A stretch of 13,732 nt of DNA from Octopus sinensis (lineage: Eukaryota): NCBI RefSeq assembly GCF_006345805.1, contig NW_021826312.1:1-13732 (forward strand), given 5' to 3'. Both the position numbers and the translations under genes were made by a program. This document shows, piece after piece, positions 9,311 to 13,732 of this stretch. Positions within the stretch are counted from its first letter, which is position 1; every line of letters starts with the position of its first letter. A model generated the notes under the pieces. The model had not been told where the DNA came from, did not search any database, and saw nothing but the letters and a program-made list of their open reading frames with translations.

Positions 9311-9516
9311 TTGTGTGTCTGTGTTTGTCCCCCTAGCATTGCTTGACAACTGATGCTGGTGTGTTTATGTCCCTGTCACTTAGCGGTTCGGCAAAAAAGA
9401 CCAATAGAATAAGTACTGGGCTTACAAAGAATAAGTCCCGGGGTCGAGTTGCTCGACTAAAGGCGGTGCTCCAGCATGGCCGCAGTCAAATGATTGAAAC
9501 AAGTAAAAGAGTAAAG
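9106..9516 (+). mobile_element. Full-length SINE family A (tRNA-related, CORE-like, octopus-type)
   Basis: A-box-like TGGCTGTGTGG (9119-9129); B-box-like GGTTCAGTCC (9162-9171); CORE-like CTTGGGCAAG; internal (TA)n(TG)n; 3' hairpins GTCGAG-TTG-CTCGAC and CAGTC-AAAT-GATTG; short AGTAAAAG repeat tail. Multiple copies in the window. Confidence 0.93.
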
Positions 9517-9647
9517 TGTAAAAGTGAGTTTATAGATTAGAAATGGGAAATATATTGTCTGTATAGACATATTTCGTTTGTGATCAAGAGATTTGATCTT
9601 GAGCAGGTAGAGGCGTAAATGTAGGGATAAGCGAGGTCAGCAAGTCT

Positions 9648-10030
9648 CATCATCATCATCATCATCGTTTAACGTCCGTTTTCCATGCTGGCATGGGTTG
9701 GACGGTTCGACCAGTGTCTGGGAAGCACCGGGCTCCAGTCTGATCTGGCAGTGTTTCTACAGCTGGATGCCTTTCCTAATGCCAACCACTCCGTGAGTGT
9801 AGCGGGTGCTTTTTACATGACACCGGCACAGGAGCCAGAGGTGGCTGGCAAACGGCCACGATCGGTTGGTGCTTTTTACGTGCCACCGGCACAGGCGTCA
9901 GGGGAGGCTGGAAACAGCCACGATAGATTGGTGCTTTTTACGTGCCACCGGCACAGAAGTCATTCAAGGCGGCGCTGGCATAGCTACGTTCGGATGGTGC
10001 TTTTTTCATGCCACCAGCACAGGTATCACA
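9648..10030 (-). mobile_element. SINE-like family B with (GAT)n tail and internal ~63-bp subrepeats
   Basis: (CAT)6 at 9648. Homologous to the reverse complement of 12008-12353 (GGCATCCAGCTGTAGAAAC...CCAGATCAGA...CGTCCAAC). Four GGTGCTTTTTACGTGCCACCGGCAC-type units at 9805, 9868, 9930 and 9996. The left-right extent of the 5' end is uncertain. Confidence 0.85.
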
Positions 10031-10175
10031 ACTACTATTTCCATTTGATTTCTATTTTGATGTTGATGTACTTGACTCAATAGGTTTCCTCAAGCACAGC
10101 AGGTTGCCCTACGATCCAAGGTTAACACATAAAAAAATATTAAATACATTTAATACAAAAAATGTACATATGTAC

Positions 10176-10563
10176 ATAGGTGCAGGAGTGGCACATGGTT
10201 CCGGGTTCAGTCCCACTGTGTGACACCTTGGGCAAGTGTCTTCTACTATAGCCTCGGGCCGACCAAAGCCCTGTGAGTAGATTTGGTAGATGGAAACTGA
10301 AAGAAGCCCGTCGTATATATGTATATATATATATATATATGCGTGTGTGTGTTTGTGTGTCTGTGTTTGTCCCCCTAGCATTGCTTGATAACCGATGTTT
10401 GTGTGTTTATGTCCCCGTTACTTAGCGGTTCGGCAAAAGAGACCGATAGAATAAGTACTGGGCTTACAAAAGAATAAGTCCCAGGGTCGATTTGCTCGAT
10501 TAAAGGCGATGCTCCAGCATGGCCACAGTCAAATGACTGAAACAAATAAAAGAGTAAAAGAGT
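10176..10563 (+). mobile_element. Near full-length SINE family A with a 28-nt deletion in the head
   Basis: Colinear with 9106-9516 except that GAGTGGC joins directly to ACATGGTT at 10192/10193. Confidence 0.93.
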
Positions 10564-11737
10564 ATGTATGCATATAAAGAAAAAAGTTTGACTTAGACAG
10601 AAATGAAATGATGTAAGGAATTAAAGGGGTTAAAGGCTCCTACTCAACCCCTTTAAACCCTGATATCTTTTCTATTGTGCATAAGTAGGACAATTTTTTA
10701 TATGCTACACATGTACATCTTTTGTATTAAATACATTGATATTTTTTGCATATTGACTTGCCTGACTTGCTTGTCCTTACATGTAACTCACTTCCCTATA
10801 CATATAACTGTATATATATACTCTGTGTGTGTTGTGAGTATGCATATTTATTATATATATATATATATATATCTATATATATTAATATAATATATATAGT
10901 ATAAATTAAAAATAAATACATATGCATATATACATACATATAGTACGTACCTACCTCTACATGTATATATACATGCATATATGGGTACAGGACACAAAAA
11001 AAACGTCGAACACAATGAGAAACGAAAACATAAACACAAAACCAAGGAAATCGACATTTTTTTAAACAATGAAAAAATAGAGTACAGGACAAACAAAACA
11101 AGGAAAATTCCCCTTCTTCAGTCGCCTTTGTTTCATCTACTCCACGTTTCGAAGGTCAAGGCGATACATGACTTCAATGAAATTTTCCTTCCCGCAAAAA
11201 TCAAATTAAATAAAATTTGAGATTTTTTTGCAGAGGGGTAAAAGTGGTAACAAAAACAGGACAGTAATGACAGTACAAAATATAAACAGTAAAAGACAGG
11301 ACAGAGAATAACAGTAACACAAACAAGAAGGGCTGTTAAGCCAAATGAGATAAAATTTTTTTTTTTTTATATACTCATTTGTACATACAATAATATATAT
11401 ATATATATATTGTTATAATTATATAAGTTTTTACTGAATATGGTCCTTTTCCATACCGAAATATTACTAGTTGAAATTTGTTGATTTTATTAAATTAATA
11501 ATCTTTCACCCTATGTCTGTAATGATTATTTCACTCCCCTACGACAAAACTACGAATCTTTTTTCAGCAGCACTATTTTGTGACTCGCATGGTAGAAAAA
11601 AATTTTGGAGGGAAATACGAATTCACTTGTCTATATAAATGTGGATATGCTGGTTAGCTTTTATATGTTCCGATGACGCTTGGTCGGAAATATAGGGGGT
11701 TAGTTTTCCTAGCATTTCTAGATTTATTTACCAGAAT

Positions 11738-11796
11738 ATTATGTTGATGAAGGAAATGAGTCTTATGATTCTAATCCAGAAACGTATGTCCATAAT
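11738..11796 (+). ncRNA. Variant minimal type I hammerhead ribozyme-like motif
   Basis: Stem I ATTATG (11738-43)/CATAAT (11791-96), 6 perfect pairs; core TTGATGA (C3 replaced by T); A; stem II GGA/TCC plus GAGTC-TTAT-GATTC; A; GAAA (11779-82); AC/GT stem III with GTAT loop; GTC triplet (11788-90). Confidence 0.55.
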
Positions 11797-12007
11797 TAAC
11801 CGAAGACTGTTTGATTTCATTATTTTTCTTCTTTTTTTGTCATATGTGAGTTACAAATATTGTTGTCTGTGAAGACATATTTTTGTAGAAAAAGGAAATA
11901 ATAGTCCTTTGGCTGCTATTTCTAAAATTTTCGGTATGTGGTCAAGCAACTTGTTGCAAAACCCTTATTGTTATAATTATATATATATATATATACACAT
12001 ATCGTGA

Positions 12008-12353
12008 TCGTTACCAGCGTTGCCTTACTGCCACTTGTGCCAGTGGCACGTGAAAAAATATTTGAGTGAGGTTGTTGCCAGTGCCGTTGGACTGGCTCCT
12101 GTGCAGGTGGCACGTATAAAACACCACTTGAGCGTGGCCTTTGCTAGTAACTTACTGGCCCTCGTGCCGGTGGCACGTAAAAGCACCCACTACATTTTCG
12201 GAGTGGCTGGTGTTAGGAAGGGCATCCAGCTGTAGAAACTCTGCCAGATCAGATTGGAGAGCCTGGTGCAGCCATCTGGTTTGCCAGTCCTCAGTCAAAT
12301 CGTCCAACACATGCTACCATAGAAAGCGGATGTTCAACGATGATGATGATGAT
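12008..12353 (+). mobile_element. SINE-like family B, 3' portion with (GAT)5 tail
   Basis: Three GTGCC-GGT-GGCACGTAAAA-type subrepeats at 12037, 12101 and 12164, then AGGAAGGGCATCCAGCTGTAGAAAC and ...CAACGATGATGATGATGAT. Homologous to the minus copy at 9648-10030. Confidence 0.85.
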
Positions 12354-12422
12354 ATATATACACATAACATGCATTTATGTATGTATGTACATTAATTGAA
12401 GTATACAGTATTATATATCCCT

Positions 12423-12466
12423 TGTGGCTGGGAAGCAAGCTTTTTACCACATAACCACTCCTGTGC
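12423..12466 (-). mobile_element. Short diverged fragment of a SINE family A-like head
   Basis: TGTGGCTGGGAAGCAAGCTTTTTACCACATAACCACTCCTGTGC aligns with TGTGGTTGGTAAGCAAGCTACTTACCACACAGCCACTCCT at 7500-7539. Confidence 0.7.
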
Positions 12467-12892
12467 TGAGCAAGCTTCTGTTGATAATTAAAATTGCTAT
12501 GCCCAAATACAATTTGATTAAAAATTTAACTTTGGGCATTTAGAATATAAATTCTAATTTTCACACCAATGTTCCAAACTTTTGACCGAGTAATAATATA
12601 TTGGAAATTAAATGTAACTTTGGGTATTTAATACAAAATTTCTATATTCCAAACTTTTGGTTATGACTGTATATATAGTCGTTATTATTTTATGTTCGTT
12701 TTTGGCTGCTTCCATGGGATGAACGGTGGGTCAGTGGACTGTACCCTCTTAAATGTTAACCACTTTACAGTGTGTCCTGGATACTTTTCAGATGGCACCA
12801 GCAGCAGTAACATTACGAGACAAGACCCCTTCAACTAAGGTGGGAGTGGAATTAAAGGAGCTGGCTTTGTGCCAGATGATGAGAGGTTAGAG

Positions 12893-13111
12893 CAGTGGTT
12901 TTCAACCAGGGTTCCGCGGAACCTTAGGGTTCTGCCAGTACAGTCCAGGGTTTCCGCAAGAAGTTACAAAACTGCTAAAATCGGCAGTAATTTTTAAGTC
13001 TCCTGTGCAGATATGTGTGCATAAGACTATTAAATTATTGCACAGGGGTTCCTCGAGCCAATGGAACGTTTTCTTGGGGTTCCGCTCCAGCAAAATGTTT
13101 GAAAAGCACTG
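12893..13111. mobile_element. 219-bp non-autonomous hAT-type DNA transposon (MITE)
   Basis: TIRs CAGTGGTTTTCAACCA / TGTTTGAAAAGCACTG (14/16 match). Perfect 8-bp TSD GGTTAGAG at 12885-12892 and 13112-13119. Repeated subterminal GGGTT(T)CC motifs. Confidence 0.93.
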
Positions 13112-13732
13112 GGTTAGAGTAATGAGTAGAGGGATAGAAATAGGGGCTCAGCAGTAAAGGAGATACATGTAGTGCTGGATTTAGGACAATCGAGGCTCTG
13201 TGCAAGTTAAGTTACGAGGTCCCTTACTTGGACAGTCAGGCATGCATGCTCAATAAATTCATCGTAAAAAGTTTTTTGGGCAAGAAGATGGGCCCCGCTC
13301 CTGATCAATGGAGCCTGTGCTTTAAAGTACACCTAAGCACAATGCTAAATCTGGCACTGGATACATGGCTACCTCAGCAAGAGAGAAGAGCGAAGAGGGG
13401 GCAAGAAGAAGTGAAGGGTAGTTCACTCAAGTTAACCCTTTAGTATATAAACCAAATATGCTACCTGTTTTATGTTCTAACCAGTCAGAGCCAGTCTATC
13501 TCACCTTCCCTTTAATGTTATTCTCAAAATATACAAAATTTCAAAGCAACAAAATAATGCATGATTAATTAAAAATAGTGTAAATGAAACAACGTTACAT
13601 TTGACAGAATAATCTAAAGCTAAAGAGTGAGAGGGAGACGCATATAAGAGAAGTGGACCCAAGGATTGGATGGGGTGAGTGGGTGGGTCGATAAGGTCAT
13701 GTAATGTGGTTGTGAAAGGAAAGTGGCGAGCT

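Noticed and set aside
7810-10381. ORFs overlapping SINE copies (e.g. 7810-8136, 9065-9349, 9685-10083, 10109-10381)
   Set aside because: Open frames through non-coding repeats with no recognisable protein family.
11660-11700. CCGATGA...GAAA resembling a hammerhead core
   Set aside because: Better explained as the hairpin TTCCGA/TCGGAA; no stem III or cleavage triplet.
12700-13443. GC-richer sequence around the MITE, possibly an old LINE fragment or exon (including ORF 13228-13443)
   Set aside because: Removing the MITE does not restore a long frame, and no RT or endonuclease motif is recognisable; a translated search would be needed.
13663-13690. G-rich tract as a G-quadruplex
   Set aside because: Only three runs of three or more G; at best a weak two-tier structure.

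Overview
Non-coding, AT-rich eukaryotic DNA dominated by repeats. No protein-coding gene is supportable: all listed ORFs are translations of microsatellite, minisatellite or SINE sequence. The SINE families look like those I recognise from octopus genomes (recognition only, not verified by search). Contents in order: (1) a tandem array of ~173-bp monomers built from a tRNA-derived SINE head (1-1030); (2) about 51 copies of a 68-bp TA/CA-derived minisatellite (1211-4700) whose variants recur every 16 monomers, giving a ~1085-bp higher-order repeat; (3) two minimal type I hammerhead ribozyme-like motifs (6821-6924 minus; 11738-11796 plus), the second inside a 540-bp segment bounded by an 18-bp direct repeat; (4) a degenerate tRNA-Lys(CTT) with its T5 terminator, wedged between two related SINE copies; (5) a 590-bp tandem duplication with breakpoints in (TA)n tracts and two perfect palindromes per copy; (6) several SINE copies of two families, arranged as inverted pairs; (7) a 219-bp hAT-type MITE with a perfect 8-bp target site duplication. 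Scattered 1-bp indels suggest residual long-read errors.
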